DNA of 64,000 nucleotides from Eledone cirrhosa (lineage: Eukaryota), in contig OZ024755.1 in the NCBI GenBank assembly GCA_964016885.1, positions 496,001-560,000 on the forward strand. Direction: 5' to 3'. The position numbers were made by a program, and so were the translations under genes. Positions 12,020 to 25,148 of the stretch are shown here, piece by piece (position 1 is the stretch's first letter; the number at the start of each line of letters is the position of its first letter). Below the pieces are notes generated by a model. That model had not been told where the DNA came from, did no database searches, and was given only the letters and a program-made list of their open reading frames with translations.

Positions 12020-12462
12020 TCTTTTGATATCAAACCAACTGAAACCATTCCAGGTTTTATGAGACTGTTTCTACTAAAGTGTTAATATTTATCTAAAAAC
12101 TTTCCATTATTGTTTTATGTAAGAATGTTTCTTATGTACCAAAAAACAGCTTAATGTAAAAGTTTTTTAATACCCTTTATACTCGAATATAAGCTGAAGC
12201 TGTGACCCCATCCCAAAACCATGGTAAAATGGTGAGGGTCAGCTTATATATGCCATCTAAACGATGTGTTTATTAGCTGCCTCGGCTTACAAATGGGGTT
12301 TCGATTTTTGCCCACTTTTCAGGCATAAAATATTGTGGGTGTGGGGTGGAGTTATATTCAAGTGTATACGGTAAATCCCTCCAAATTCTTAATTACTTTT
12401 TAAATGATTTGGAAAATGATATGCTGTGTATTTCATTAGAAACACAGTAATGAATGGCTTAA
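12020..12462 (-). mobile_element. piggyBac-like MITE interrupted by a Tc2-like MITE
   Basis: Family sequence resumes (aatccctccaaattc) directly after the inserted element. Confidence 0.7.
12171..12373. mobile_element. Tc2/pogo-like MITE inserted at TA
   Basis: ta-ccctttatactcgaatataagc ... gttatattcaagtgtatacgg-ta. Confidence 0.8.
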
Positions 12463-13020
12463 TGACCCCCCCCCAACGCACCATCAATATCCTATACATT
12501 AAACATTATTAAATTATTCTCTTCCTCCAAAATAGCATTAATCTATATCAATACACACTGTAATGTCTTTGAATATTATATTGTCTATATTTATAATATA
12601 TCTAGAGAATTCAAAGATTACAATTTCTAATTAACTCTAAATCATTTTATTTTAAGCTCAACAACATATTCTAAAATTTCCTTGGATTAAATCAAAACAT
12701 TTTAAGGAAATTAATTTTATTTCCCTCTTTTTTTTTTTAAATATATTTGTAAAATTAGCTGCAGAAAAAAGTAAGAGATTTGACCAAAGTTGGAGTGATG
12801 ATGGCATATAGACATTAGAATACAGAGAAGACCAATTTACAAGTGAATATAAAATATAATATTTATACGATGAACAAGATTTACATATACAATCAATCTC
12901 CTTCTGTAATTTTGATGAAGAAATGTAAAGTTTTCCATACATTACCATATGAGAATTCAAGAGAAAACCAATTATCAAGAAAGAAAAGCTTGTCACAAAT
13001 TAACACCAGGCCAACCAATT

Positions 13021-13055
13021 ACTCACCTAGAAAAAGAAATTGAGAAAAAAATCCA
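13021..13055 (-). promoter_or_regulatory. candidate recursive splice site (fused 3'ss/5'ss)
   Basis: ttttttctcaatttctttttcTAG|GTGAGT; junction 13027/13026; no other AG for about 45 nt upstream. Confidence 0.55.
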
Positions 13056-13141
13056 ATGAGGAAACAATTTAACCTTATTTACACAAACATATATATATAT
13101 ATAACTTATAATAATATATAATATAATAAAAGATATATATA

Positions 13142-13350
13142 TACCATATATACTTGAATATAAGTCGAGGAATATGTGACCAAAAAAAAAATAAATAAAA
13201 GGGGTTGGTTTATATACGCCATCTAAACAATGTCTTAATTAGCTGCCTCAGTTTATAAATGAGGTTTCGATTTTTTCCTACTTCTCAGACCTAAAATGGG
13301 GGAGGGTCAGTTTATGTTTAGATAAGTGGATATTCCAGTATATAAGGTGT
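13142..13350. mobile_element. Tc2/pogo-like MITE
   Basis: ta-ccatatatacttgaatataagtcgagg; internal gccatctaaac..attagctgcctc shared with the 12171 copy. Confidence 0.7.
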
Positions 13351-14299
13351 ACCACAAAGAATTCTATCCAACATTCTAATAACTTTGTCAATTTGCCCCT
13401 GGTGTTAAACAGTGTGACCAATTAAATATCCCATGTAGGACAGTGGGATTTAAACAATGCAGAGGAGGAACAAATACAGCAAGGGGTTATATCCAATGCT
13501 ATAATAGTTCCATCAGTCTACTGTCTTAGACTGGTATTTTGTTTATCTGTTCTTGGAAGAATGAATGACAATAATTACTACCAAAGTTGAATCGTTACAC
13601 CACTCTACATCAATCAAACCCACTACTAGCCAACAAAATTAGTATTTAAACTTGTCAGAAAAAATAACTTCAAGTAACAATAAAAAACAAAATAATGTCT
13701 TCCTAATCACGCTGATTATTGGTTGGAAGAGAGTTAAAAGAATCTATGAGATAGCAATGTCAATAAGCTTAAGTCTCTGGAATTTTCATTACCAATTGAC
13801 AGTAATATAATTATGATCAATTATATTTAACGAGAATGAAAAGATTTATAACAAAAAATAAAGATAAATGAAGAATTTAGCTAATTAATCATTAAATCGT
13901 AATTGAATTCCATAGAAAATTTATATATTTTGAATAAGCGAAATCTTCAGTTTTGCAGTTAAAAATTGGGATAGTGTGCTCGTTTCTAACCAATGAAATA
14001 AAACTCAGATTTAAAAATCAATATACAAAATATAGATTGATAGTTTTTAAATGTCAGTTCTCATTCTAAAAAAATTTTATTTTCTATTTTCTTCATAAGA
14101 TTGTTAAAGTTTAAAAAGAAAAAACTGGCAATCAAATCTCTAACATTTTTATTAATCAAAATTATTCTGTTATTAGAAATCTCATATTGGGATTATTTCT
14201 ATGGTTTTGAGGCTGCTGACAGGAATGTGTGATCAACACTTACTTCACTAAGGGTAGGGTAGTCCAGAGTGTACTGGGTATATTGTATTACAGCATTAA

Positions 14300-14580
14300 C
14301 ACTGGAGAGTCCTTTCATCCCTTGATGGTTTGACAAGTTTTCTAAGAATGAGTGTCCTTCCTATCACCAACCACTTTACAGAGTGTACTGGGTATGATAA
14401 AAAGCCCCCCAGTCCACACTGTAACATGGTTAATGTTAGAAAGGACATCCAGCCATAGAAACCAAGTAATATTACAGATCTATGAGCATGATATGATCTC
14501 TGGGTCTGATTTGTCTCATAACATGACAACCTGTCTAACCTATGCAAGCCTAGAAAATGGACATTAAGTGATGATGATGT
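14300..14580 (+). mobile_element. RTE 3'-UTR-related element, partly duplicated and inverted
   Basis: agaaaggacatccagccatagaaacc and tail acctatgcaagc..ggacattaa.tgatgatg. Confidence 0.55.
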
Positions 14581-14956
14581 AAGTAATGTAATCCATAAAT
14601 ATAACTTTGTTAAAGTTTGATGAAGAAACCAAATATTAGTTATTCCAACGGCTTCAGTACCAGTAATTTATAAACAATGTGTTTGTTATTACATAATTAC
14701 CATACAGAAATAACATCGTTCTGCTATAAATTTTAACCAATTATATTTTCAACCAGATTTTTATTTTTATCACAAAATATTTAATAGTTTTTTCTGCACA
14801 CTAAAACACTAAAAAAATTGCTAATTATTAGCCTATCCTCAAGATTAATTTTACAATTTTAATAATCAAAATAGAAATATTTAAAAAGAAAATTAAAAAA
14901 GCTATCTTCGTAGAACTAAATTATAACAATTTAGAGGGGGGAATATGTTCATTATA

Positions 14957-15107
14957 GGCGTGGGCATAGCTGTGTGGTTAAGGAGTTTGTTTCACAACCA
15001 TGTGGTTTCTAGTTCACTTACAGTGAACAGGTAGGCGATAACCATTGTATGTGGGCTCATGTGTTTGTGTGTGTGTGCACGAAAGAGAGAGAAATGGAGA
15101 GATAAAG

Positions 15108-15140
<33 letters not shown>

Positions 15141-15440
15141 TAGAGAGAGAAGGAGGAGGGAGAGAGAGAGAAGGGGGAGGGAGAGAGAGAGAAGGGAGAG
15201 GGGGGAGAGAAGGGAGAGGGGGGAGAGAAGGGAGGGAGAGAGAGAAGGGAGGGAGAGAGAGAAGGGAGAGAGAGAGAGAAGGGAGAGAGAGAGAGATTGC
15301 TTGTGTTTGTGTCTATTTAGCTGTTCAACAAACAGAGATTGATAAAATAAATAGCAAATTTGAAAAAGGAAGTACAGGAATTGCTATACCTTTAATACCT
15401 TTAAGGCAGTGCTGCAGTATAACAGAAACCAGGATAAAAA
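14957..15440 (+). mobile_element. SINE family D split by a GA-rich expansion (about 15110-15295)
   Basis: Head ggcgtgggcatagctgtgtggttaaggag; tail gataaaataa..agtac..cctttaaggcagtgctgcagtat. Confidence 0.5.
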
Positions 15441-16430
15441 TAAAAATTCTTTGCAGAACTGACTTAAAAGAATTCAGAGGAAAAATAAAAAATCTTTGAT
15501 TCTAGAATTTCACAGCCAGTCAAGAGATATCAACAGTCACTTACTATCCAGGTGTAGAGGGTGGGGGAAAGAGAACAGCAAATCTAAGAGAAACAGAAAC
15601 ATTTAAGTAGAACCCTTGTGGCAGGTCAGGTAGAGGGGAGGGGGAGTGTATTGAAATTTTAAGTGGATTGGAAAGGTCCTCAAGTATTCCACTTCATAAA
15701 AGATGAACCTTCATCATATCCTTAAGAAATTCAACCAGAAAATTCCATGCTAATTGAATCAAGTGTGAAACATAAATTGATCTTAATATTAAAGATGTAA
15801 TTCAACTGAATACATTGTTGCTTTTAAAGTCATTTTTATTCTAGAAATAATTCTAATAATCTCTTGCAATGGATATCTACTCCTACTCCTCCTCCTCTTC
15901 TTCTTCTACCACAATGGCTTATCATAGCTAACAAAAATTAAAGTTCTTTACTTGCTAAAAAAAACTTTAAGTATGCCATCAACTTAAGAAGGGAATGTTT
16001 ATTATTTCCAACACACATTTTAAAAAAGTCTTATTTCTAAAGTGTTTAAAAACATTTTAGAAATATTTTTATGGTCTCTAAATGAAAGGTGGGTGTGTGT
16101 GTGCATGTGCACATGTGTACGTAAGAGCTCTGTTGGTTCCACCTGTGAATATTCCAGTTGTTCAAAGAACAGGACAATGAAGTTAACATGCAAGTGGCCG
16201 AGCATTCAACAAATACTCTTAATGCAGTTCACAAAGAGATTTACAAACCTTTACAACATGAATCCTATGCTAGGACAGTCAAACATGTTTCAGAAGCTCT
16301 ATATAGAATATAACCTTTAACAAAGGAAGAATATTCTAGAAGTTAACTCTTTTGTTTCCATATTTCTAATGAAAGATGCTGCCTATAATTATCAAAGGAA
16401 TTTGAAAATATTATTATTTATTTTGTAATA

Positions 16431-16650
16431 AGGATGGTGGCTTGGCAGAAATGGTAGAGTGTCGGACAACATGCTTTGCAGAATATAGTTACGTTCCTTT
16501 ACTTTCTGAATTCAAATCCTGCCAATGTTAGCTTAGCCCTTCATTCTTACAGGTTTGATAAAATAAGTACCAGTAATGCACTGGGGTCGATTTAATTGAC
16601 TTTCTCCTCCCCCAAAATTGCTGGCCTTGTGCCTAAATCCGAAATTTATT
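16431..16650 (+). mobile_element. SINE family A, inserted in a MITE remnant
   Basis: ggcttggcagaaatggtagag..ttcaaatcc..aagtaccagtaatgcactggg..ggccttgtgcctaaa. Confidence 0.85.
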
Positions 16651-16934
16651 TATTTCCCACTATTGTTAGACTCGTGCCATATCATGAATCATTTTAATAG
16701 AAGTTTTAACTCATTCTTTTGAACTTAATTTATTATTCTAAAAGTTCGCTTACTGAGTTCATTAAAAGTAATTTATATCAATTCAGTTAATTATTATAGA
16801 ACAGTAATGCTAATTAGCAGTGTACAAGAGTTTGGAAATGGATACAAATCTGTCAACTTAATTTCTCTGTTGAAATATATAATTGATAGGCAACTCTTGA
16901 TGGAGTTGTAGTGGTCTGTTTAAAGCATTTCAAA

Positions 16935-17125
16935 CCTGGTGGAGCCCACTTCTCTCTCCAGGATGTATAGATCTGAAACTGAGAACACAAGGCATCCCAT
17001 TCAATGCTCTAACAATTCCACCAGCTTCCTGCTATAGACTTGTACTTTATTTATCAGCCAAGAAATAATAATGTAAGGCAAAGTTAAACTCGGTTGGATT
17101 TAAACTCAGAGCTGGAACAAATACT
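16935..17125 (-). mobile_element. SINE family A, rearranged fragments
   Basis: aaggcaaagttaaactcgg..ggattt.aactcaga and long-tail piece aaacctggtggagccc. Confidence 0.55.
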
Positions 17126-17449
17126 ATTTTATCTCAGAACCTTCTGTTAATTTATATTCCAAACACTAGTTAATATAATGACAGAATTACTTCATTAAGT
17201 CCATCTAAATTCTTGGTTTATTTCCAAATTATTTGAAAGACATAGGTAGTGTATTTTATAAGAAATCTAGTCACAAAATGGTTGAAATATAGAAATGTAA
17301 TAGAGTGACATTCTGTAGATTATCAGTTGAAATGTAATGACTTGTAGAGCAAATAATATTTTAATTCTAGTCATCATATTTTTTAAGATGTGATAAGCTG
17401 GAAGGTACCTATATTGAAATTGATTTTACAACTAAGCATATAGACAATA

Positions 17450-17730
17450 TGCCCCCACACCCTCCCACTGCAAGGTGGTCGTGGAGGTGCCACGGCAAAA
17501 AAGCACCCAGCCGACACTGTAAAGTGGATGTGTAGGCGCCACGAAAAAGCACCCAGCACTCACTGTAAATGAGGTTGGTGTTAGGAAGGGCATCCAGCTG
17601 TAGAAATCAAGCCAAAATCAGTTCCTGTATGAGCAAGGCATGGTCAGCCGACCAGACACTGCCCACAACAGGACAACCCGTCTAACCCATGCTAGCGTGG
17701 AAGAACGGACGTAAAACGGTGATGATGATG
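17450..17730 (+). mobile_element. RTE 3'-UTR-derived element with (GAT)n tail
   Basis: aaaagcacccag..actgtaaa..ggttggtgttaggaagggcatccagc..cccgtctaacccatgctagcgtggaa..gacgtaaaacggtgatgatg. Confidence 0.8.
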
Positions 17731-18379
17731 AACTAAACACCTAACAAGAAATTACTGATGTGTAATCTGAATTTTGTTGTTTTTTTCCAAAACTCATTTC
17801 AAATTTATTTTCTCATCTTACCTACAAAATGAACGGCTTGCTGTTTAAAAAAAAAATGTCTAAATTTAGTAGAAATTTAGTTGGAACTTGATATATTTAA
17901 AGCTAATCCAAAAAAGAATATCACATGATTGACAGATTAACACAAGTGTTTTTATTAACTTCAACAGCTTATCTAACAGAATGAAGCAGTTTTTTTAATA
18001 TACAGCTACACTATTTTCCCTTCTTATCAGATTAAAGTTTAAAATAACTATATTCAGAGAAAACCTGTTACACTGCATGTCTATCATCATTATCATTTTA
18101 CGTCCGCTTTTCCCTGCTTATTACACCTGTGTTCTGGAAGAGATCAGATCAAATGAATTACTATCAATAATCAGGTAAACCAGTGCTACCTATTTCATAG
18201 CTAGGCTATCAGTATCTAAACTAGCAACCCAACTATAGGGTCTCAGCTTTGTGTGTAGATGGGTTACCTGACGACATAAAACAATACCTGTCTACATGGG
18301 TGGATGAACTCAGTAAGGGGTCAACAGCCATCCATGAAACACAAAGCAGAGTCCAATTAAGAATTTTAAGTCTAGCTTT

Positions 18380-18625
18380 GTAGGACCTATGACCATAACA
18401 TTGTGGGTTCAATTCCTGGACTGGGTTGTCTTCTTGAGCAAAATACTTCATTTCACGTTGCTCCAGTATACTCAGCTGAAATTGAGTACCAGCAATAGCT
18501 GAGTGTTTAATAGTGTGATGGATTGGTTTTATGACCAGTGGTGAGTTTTGTACTCTCAGTCAATGCCACAGAAACCAGGATAAGTACCGGCCTGATGAGT
18601 CTCCGGGTTTGAGACAGACTTTAGA
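18380..18625 (+). mobile_element. tRNA-derived SINE family B
   Basis: gggttcaattcctggactggg..ttcttgagcaaaatacttcatttcacgtt..gagtaccagc..ccggcctgatga; matches 55040. Confidence 0.85.
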
Positions 18626-19511
18626 CATTTTTTTTGTATCCCTGCACCCAGAGGTCTCTCTTTGACATACTAGCATTACTTTTCTTCTGGATCAAAGGGA
18701 CCCGGCGAAGAGAAGCCCCTTGATAAGAGCAATAACCATACAAGGTGGCTTACATCAGTCCAGATTAATATCACCATCTCACCATAACTGCCTTCCCACC
18801 ACCAGCCACTCCAGAAAGGTAAACTGTGGCTAGGCTACATGTATTCACTGTTGAAGAACGATACTATACCTGCCTTGTTAGAAATAACAGATGCATACCA
18901 TTCTTTCTGGAAGAGATTTGTAGAAAACTTTTAAGTCTCATATAGAATTAATAAATTCAGCTTTTACAGCTGAACTAATTTTGAATGATACTTCAAGTTT
19001 CTATTGAAGTACATTGAACTATCTTTATAGTAGGACTCCACTTTTGGCTGTAACATCAAACCAAAGCTCATATTATTCAATATTACTTTTAGAATTTCAC
19101 CTCAAATGCATATTGGAGTATCCAGTGTAAAGTAGAACTATTAGTCTGTTAGAAGAAGACAGCTTTCTATGTAAATCTTAATGACATGTAAGATATCCAA
19201 CTGTCAAGTGAATGATCTAAACGCTGACATGGATCAAAAGGTTCTATGGATTCAGGTGTTGCAATGAATTTCACAGAGATAATTTAGTTACTTCATCTTC
19301 TGGCATCAGTTTACTTAGCTGGAAAAATAATGACCCCACCCTACCCTCCTCACATTTTGATACACTATTTGCTATAGGCAAGGAAACATCTATGTAGCCA
19401 CTTGACTTGCCCTGCTAGATATAACTGCCAAATCTCCCTCAAATGCTATTTTGAACTTGTATCCATTGTTTAGTAAAATATATATATTGGCAGGATGGAG
19501 ATATCTAAGTA

Positions 19512-19757
19512 ATCCTTTTGATACCACTTGCAACTGATCTTACTTTTTTGATATGAAGAAATTGTTTATTTTAAAGTGTTTCCATTTATCTAAAGAAACC
19601 TACCATCATTATTTCGTAGAAAGACATTTGTTAACAACTTGAAAATGAGAAAGTTAATTACGTTACTAAATCCCTCCAAATTCTTTATTACTTTTAAAAA
19701 ATTATTTGAAAATTATTGACAGTGTCTTTCATTAAAAACATGGCAATGAAAGGGTTA
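19512..19757 (-). mobile_element. piggyBac-like MITE, near complete
   Basis: taatccttttgatacca ... tggcaatgaaagggttaa. Confidence 0.75.
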
Positions 19758-19904
19758 AAAATATGGTAGAGAAACTATTAGCAGCATTCTAATCAGGTAA
19801 TATGGTAATACACAATTCAGATTAATTGGCGCCTAACAGAGATTAAATGTTTCATTCCAATTAACAAGTATCTCTGACAAATGTTGGTTGAGAATATAAG
19901 AATT

Positions 19905-20060
19905 TAACACTTTTGTGACTGTATTTCTAATGAGATACACTCTATTTTAAACAATTAATGAAGAATTTTGAGGGTTTTACTAAAATTATTAATTATTTCA
20001 TTACTAAGTAACTTAACATGTGGTTCTTATATAAAATTACATGGTAAGTTTTAATTTAAA
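19905..20060 (+). mobile_element. piggyBac-like MITE fragment, inverted relative to the 19512 copy
   Basis: ttaacacttttgtgactgtatttctaatga..gaattttgaggg..ggttcttatataaaatt. Confidence 0.6.
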
Positions 20061-20280
20061 TAAAAGCACCTGGTCCACCCTGTAAAGCACCCATGACAAA
20101 AAAAGCACCCAGTCCAACCTGTCCGTTGTTCATTTTAGTGCTATGCTGTAGATGTTGTTGACATTAAGAAGCGTTTCCAGCTATAGATACTAAGCCAGAA
20201 ACAGTTCTGTATGAGCAAGACATAGTCACCTGCTCCGACTTGTCTCACAATGGAACAATTCATCTAACTCCCACTAACAC
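20060..20280 (+). mobile_element. RTE 3'-UTR-derived element
   Basis: aaaagcacccagtcca..cagctataga..ctgtatgagcaagac. Confidence 0.6.
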
Positions 20281-20287
20281 TTTCACT

Positions 20288-20431
20288 AGTGACATAGTTA
20301 TTGGCAGTTCCACTACAGTGACCTGGTTATTGACAGTTCAACTATGGTGACCTAGTTATTGACAGTTCAACTATGGTGACCTAGTTATTGACAGTTCAAC
20401 TATGGTGACCTAGTTATTGACAGTTCCACTG
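20288..20431 (+). repeat. 29-bp minisatellite, about 5 copies
   Basis: ggtgacctagttattgacagttcaactat. Confidence 0.95.
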
Positions 20432-20434
20432 TCA

Positions 20435-20800
20435 CTTACAGACCAGAAATCTGGAATCTAACAAAATCAAACCCTAAATCTAAAAAACAATGCAAAGAAC
20501 CCAGGACAATATCAGGTTAAACATGATATGGTGAGTTGGAAAACCATCAATTGGATCTGAGAAAAAACAACAGTTCGTGACATCCTAGAAATCAATAACA
20601 AACAAACTGGAAGTGGGGGAGACTTATTGCCAGAATGACTGACAACATGCCACACCCACGTCATTTTCTGGACCCCATGAGGTCACACAAGAAACTGAAG
20701 CCACCAGAAGACCAGGTGGAGAGATAACATCAAGAAAATTGAACATTTTGGCCAAGAACGGCTCAGGATTGGCAAAGATGGCGCAGGTTGGGGAAGGTCA
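20435..20800 (+). mobile_element. decayed RTE/RTEX-clade LINE 3' coding fragment (second lineage)
   Basis: With frameshifts and stops reads WI*EKTTVRDIL..WKWG..IARMTDN..FWTP..QKTRWRDNI..WRRLGK. Confidence 0.75.
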
Positions 20801-20817
20801 GTGTCTAATAACAGACT

Positions 20818-21154
20818 TTGTTGTTGTTGTTGGTGGTGTTGCTGTTCTTGGTGGTGTTGTTGGTGGTGGTAGTGTTGGTGGTGGTGTTGCTGTTGTCGGT
20901 GGTGGTGTTGCTGTTGTTGATGGTGGTGGTGTTGTTGGTGGTGGTGGTGTTGGTTGTGGTGGTGGTGTTGGTTGTGGTGTTGTTGGTGGTGGTGTTGTTG
21001 GTGGTGGTGTTGTTGGTGGTGGTGGTGTTGTTGTTGTTGGTGTTGTTGGTGGTGGTGTTGATGGTGGTGGTGGTGGTGGTGGTGATGGTGGTGTTGATGG
21101 TGATGGTGGTGTTGATGGTGGTGGTGATGGTGGTGGTGCTGGTGGTGATGTTGG

Positions 21155-21185
<31 letters not shown>

Positions 21186-21436
21186 GGTGATGTTGGTGGT
21201 GGTGGTGGTGTTGTTGGTGGCATTGGTGGTGGTGTTGTTGGTGGTGCTGGTGTTGTTGGTGGTGTTGTTGATGGTGTTGATGGTGGTGGTGATGGTGTTG
21301 ATGGTGGTGGTGGTGTTGTTGTTGATGGTGGTGGTTGTGTTGATGGTGGTGGTGGTGGTGATGGTGGTGTTGATGGTGATGGTGGTGTTGATGGTGGTGG
21401 TGATGGTGGTGGTGGTGGTGCTGGTGGTGATGTTGG

Positions 21437-21467
<31 letters not shown>

Positions 21468-21797
21468 GGTGATGTTGGTGGTGGTGGTGGTGTTGTTGGT
21501 GGCATTGGTGGTGGTGTTGTTGGTGGTGCTGGTGTTGTTGGTGGTGTTGTTGATGGTGTTGATGGTGGTGGTGATGGTGTTGATGGTGGTGGTGGTGTTG
21601 TTGTTGATGGTGGTGGTTGTGTTGATGGTGGTGGTGGTGGTGGTGGTGTTGGTGGTGGTGGTGGTGGTGGTGGTGGTGGTGTTGGTGGTGGTGTTGTTGT
21701 TGTTGGTGGTGGTGTTGTTGTTGATGGTGGTGGTGTTGTTGTTGTTGTTGATGGTGGTGGTGTTGTTGGTGGTGGTGGTGTTGTTGTTGTTGATGGT
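20818..21797. repeat. (GGT/GTT/GAT)n trinucleotide expansion with an internal 282-bp duplication
   Basis: Marker ggcattgg recurs 282 bp apart (catt at 21221 and 21503). Confidence 0.95.
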
Positions 21798-23680
21798 AAG
21801 TTAAAAAGTTGATTTAGAAGCTTTTTGTGAAGATTTTCAATTAAAAATTAAAATGCTTCTCACATGGAATACATGTTAGTGTTGTTTACAAAGAGTCATG
21901 TAGTATTTTGAACATGTATGTCGACGGTGGAAAAAAAAATTTAATCTCAGTTTTAAGCTGAAGATTGTAATAATCTCTTTTGGTATATTGAAAAGTATGA
22001 TAAAATCCTTTAATGAAATCAATACGTAATCACTATTTGTTACATAACCTCCAAGCCGAGATGCTTCCCAGTACAGTATCATTGATCTTTCCCTTAAGCA
22101 AAATTACAACAATGTGATGGGGACTGTTCGGTTTTACTCAATTGTGGAAGTTGGGATGTATATATATAGACACACACACATATATATTCACACAGAATAT
22201 ATAGATAAATAATTTCTAAATTCTCCCTGACCCTTGTATATAACTCACAAATCCTTTCTTACAATAATTAGTTAAAATAAGTTGCCAAAATAGAGAAACA
22301 TATACATTATATTGCTAAAATATATACATTATACTGCTAAAATATATACATCATATATACATTATATTGCTAAAACATTTTGAATCTAAGGCCAGTACTT
22401 CTTGATACAATAAAAGACTCCTCCAAGCCAAGCCATGGAAATAGCAGACATACAAACAATGGTGGTGGTGACGGTGGTGGTGGTAGTGGTGATAGTGGTG
22501 ATGGTGATGGTGGTGGTGATGGTAGTGGTGATGGTGATGTATAAATGAATGAATGTCTACAAGATTACCAAGATAAGTATAATTGAAGTAGTCTGGAAAA
22601 ATACTAACATATAAGTTTAGTTTCTAATAACATAATATTGAAGTAATTACAGATATTTCTGACTTTATATCGGCCACTTTACTAATGTGTCTTCTTCCTT
22701 ATATATATATATTTTTTTTTATTTATGACCAGGAGGTTCTTCCTACAAGATATATATGTATTTATATATTATATATATATAGTGTGTGTGTGTATATATG
22801 TATGTATATATTATCTATAACCAGGAGCTTCTTCCTACAAGACATATATATATGTGTGTGTGTGTGTGTTTGTGTGTGTATGTGAGTATGTGTATGTGTA
22901 TGTATCTGAATGTGTGTATGTATATATAGTTAATAATATCTATGAGAGAGTTGGTCTATATTCTGTTGGAATAATGAAGTGTCTAACATAAGAAGACCAT
23001 TCAACTGTAAAGCTTTGCTTCAACAAACCTAAGAGTTTAATCCATAGAAGCATGAAAAGTGGACATTAAATCAAGGATTAGGAATGAATACATATGCATG
23101 CATGCACATAGATCTTTGTGTTTCATGTGTACATGAGAAAGAGATGAGAATGGGGAGAGAGACACACACACACATACATGAAATGAGAGAGAGAGAGAGA
23201 ATGAATGAGTGGAAATAATAGATGTATATTTAGATAAAAAGATTGTTGCAAAAATAAAACATGGCTTGGCTTGGAGAAATTTGTAAGAGATTTATTTAGT
23301 GATTATTTGTTACACCTAAATAAAACATTTAAAAGAAGAAAAGCAACAGACACAGAACCTAATTCTTATAATCTATCTTTTAAAACATTGCAATTGTAGA
23401 AAAATACTTCTTTATGCTATTATCTCTAATTCTCATTTGAATATAACGATTTCATCTTGGTCAATGATATCTTTAAATTCTGGCTTATACTGCATACTTG
23501 CCTGCTGTGTTTGTATGTGTACATGCGCATATTTGTGTGTGCAAGTGTCTGCATGTACATGTGTGTAAGTGATTGGGCATGTGTGTGGATGCATGTGAAT
23601 GTGTATGTGTCTGCATGTCTATTATTTTTGTGGCTGAGACCACTTCAGAATTTAGTATGGGGTCTCAGGTAAACACCAGT

Positions 23681-23725
<45 letters not shown>

Positions 23726-24237
23726 TATATATTCCTTTCCTTAATGGTAATATAATATAATATATATATATGTGTGTGTGAAAGAAGAACAAAAATACTA
23801 TGCTGCAATACTATGAGAGAAAATAGAATGCAAAAACAACATAGAAGTGGTGTTATCTGAGTTTTAATGTTGGAGAGTAATGGAATGTAAGTTTTTCAGT
23901 AAGTTGAGATCATCCCATTTTCCCTACACCAAAATGTCTATGTAAGAAGTGTGATAACGTGTTAGAAGGAGCTCTAAAACTAAGTGCAAGAAGAGCTTCA
24001 AATTCTAAATTAAGATAGGCAATATGATCAGATGAGATAGGAAGTAAAAGTAAGAGCTAATCAATATAATCAGTAGAGCTGAGCAAGTTGTGACTTACAT
24101 CAGTAAGAATCAATTTAATAATACAAAGCACAAAGAGTTTGTATGCTGTGGGGAAATGAAAGTACAAAAGAATTGATTGACCAACTGTACATCAAAAATG
24201 TTGGTCAACATACGTAAGAGAGATATAGTTATATAAC

Positions 24238-24690
24238 CATCATCATCATAATCATTATTCTTTTCCACACTTGCATGGGTTGGATATGTCCTTTTCAGCA
24301 TCTTTCCACTGTGAGTTTCAGCAATTCGAGATCAGCTCAGCTCTCACCACCTCTGTCCCAGGTCTTCCTTCGCATTCCTCTACTGTGACTTCCTTCCACT
24401 GGAATTCCTCGACACTTCTTCACCCAGTGATCATCATCCATGTGCATCACATGTCCATACCAATGCAATTTACTTCCGATTCCTCTTTTACCCAATTTTT
24501 CTCCTAGTTCATCCAAGCTCTTTGTTCTCTTATATTAACACTGCACATCCATCAAAGCATGCTTCCTTCATTTCTATCCGACCTGTGCATATTTTCCACA
24601 GTCACTACCCATGTTTCAGAGCCATGCAGTATGACACTTCACACACAGGTGACATACAGTTGGCCTTTCATTTGGAGAGAGAAACCTTTT
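24238..24690 (-). mobile_element. 5'-truncated RTE LINE (diverged family)
   Basis: KGFSLQMKGQLY..ILHGSETW..WYGHVM..RPGTE-like; tail cccatgcaagtgtggaa..gatgatg. Confidence 0.85.
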
Positions 24691-24728
24691 GTTGTTGTTT
24701 ATATGTGTCTTAACCTGTCGGAATGGAA

Positions 24729-25148
24729 GTGCCATCAAGTTGATGGGCCCACCCAGGCTGATCATATCGTGCCATCAAGTTGATTGGCCCACTCGGGCTG
24801 ATCATATCGTGCCATCAAGTTGATAGGCCCACTCGGGCTGATCATATCGTGCCATCAAGTTGATAGGCTGATCATATCGTGCCATCAAGTTGATAGGCCC
24901 ACTCAGGCTGATCATATCGTGCCATCAAGTTGATAGGCTGATCATATCGTGCCATCAAGTTGATAGGCCCACTCAGGCTGATCATATCGTGCCATCAAGT
25001 TGATAGGCCCACCCAGGCTGATCATATCGTGCCATCAAGTTGATAGGCCCACCCAGGCTGATCATATCGTGCCATCAAGTTGATAGGCCCACCCAGGCTG
25101 ATCATATCGTGCCATCAAGTTGATAGGCCCACCCAGGCTGATCATATC
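24729..25148. repeat. 40-bp minisatellite (about 11 units, two 29-bp deletion variants)
   Basis: gtgccatcaagttgataggcccac(c/t)caggctgatcatatc. Confidence 0.97.

Noticed and set aside
18950-19320. Coding-looking minus-strand stretch
   Set aside because: Multiple stops and no recognisable motif.
20739-21812. Gly/Val-rich, Val/Leu-rich and Pro/Thr-rich ORFs
   Set aside because: Trinucleotide expansion at a LINE tail; no convincing splice context seen.
24729-25148. CRISPR-like appearance of the 40-bp array (also arrays at 885, 20288, 57075, 61217)
   Set aside because: Units are head-to-tail without unique spacers, no cas genes, eukaryotic context.
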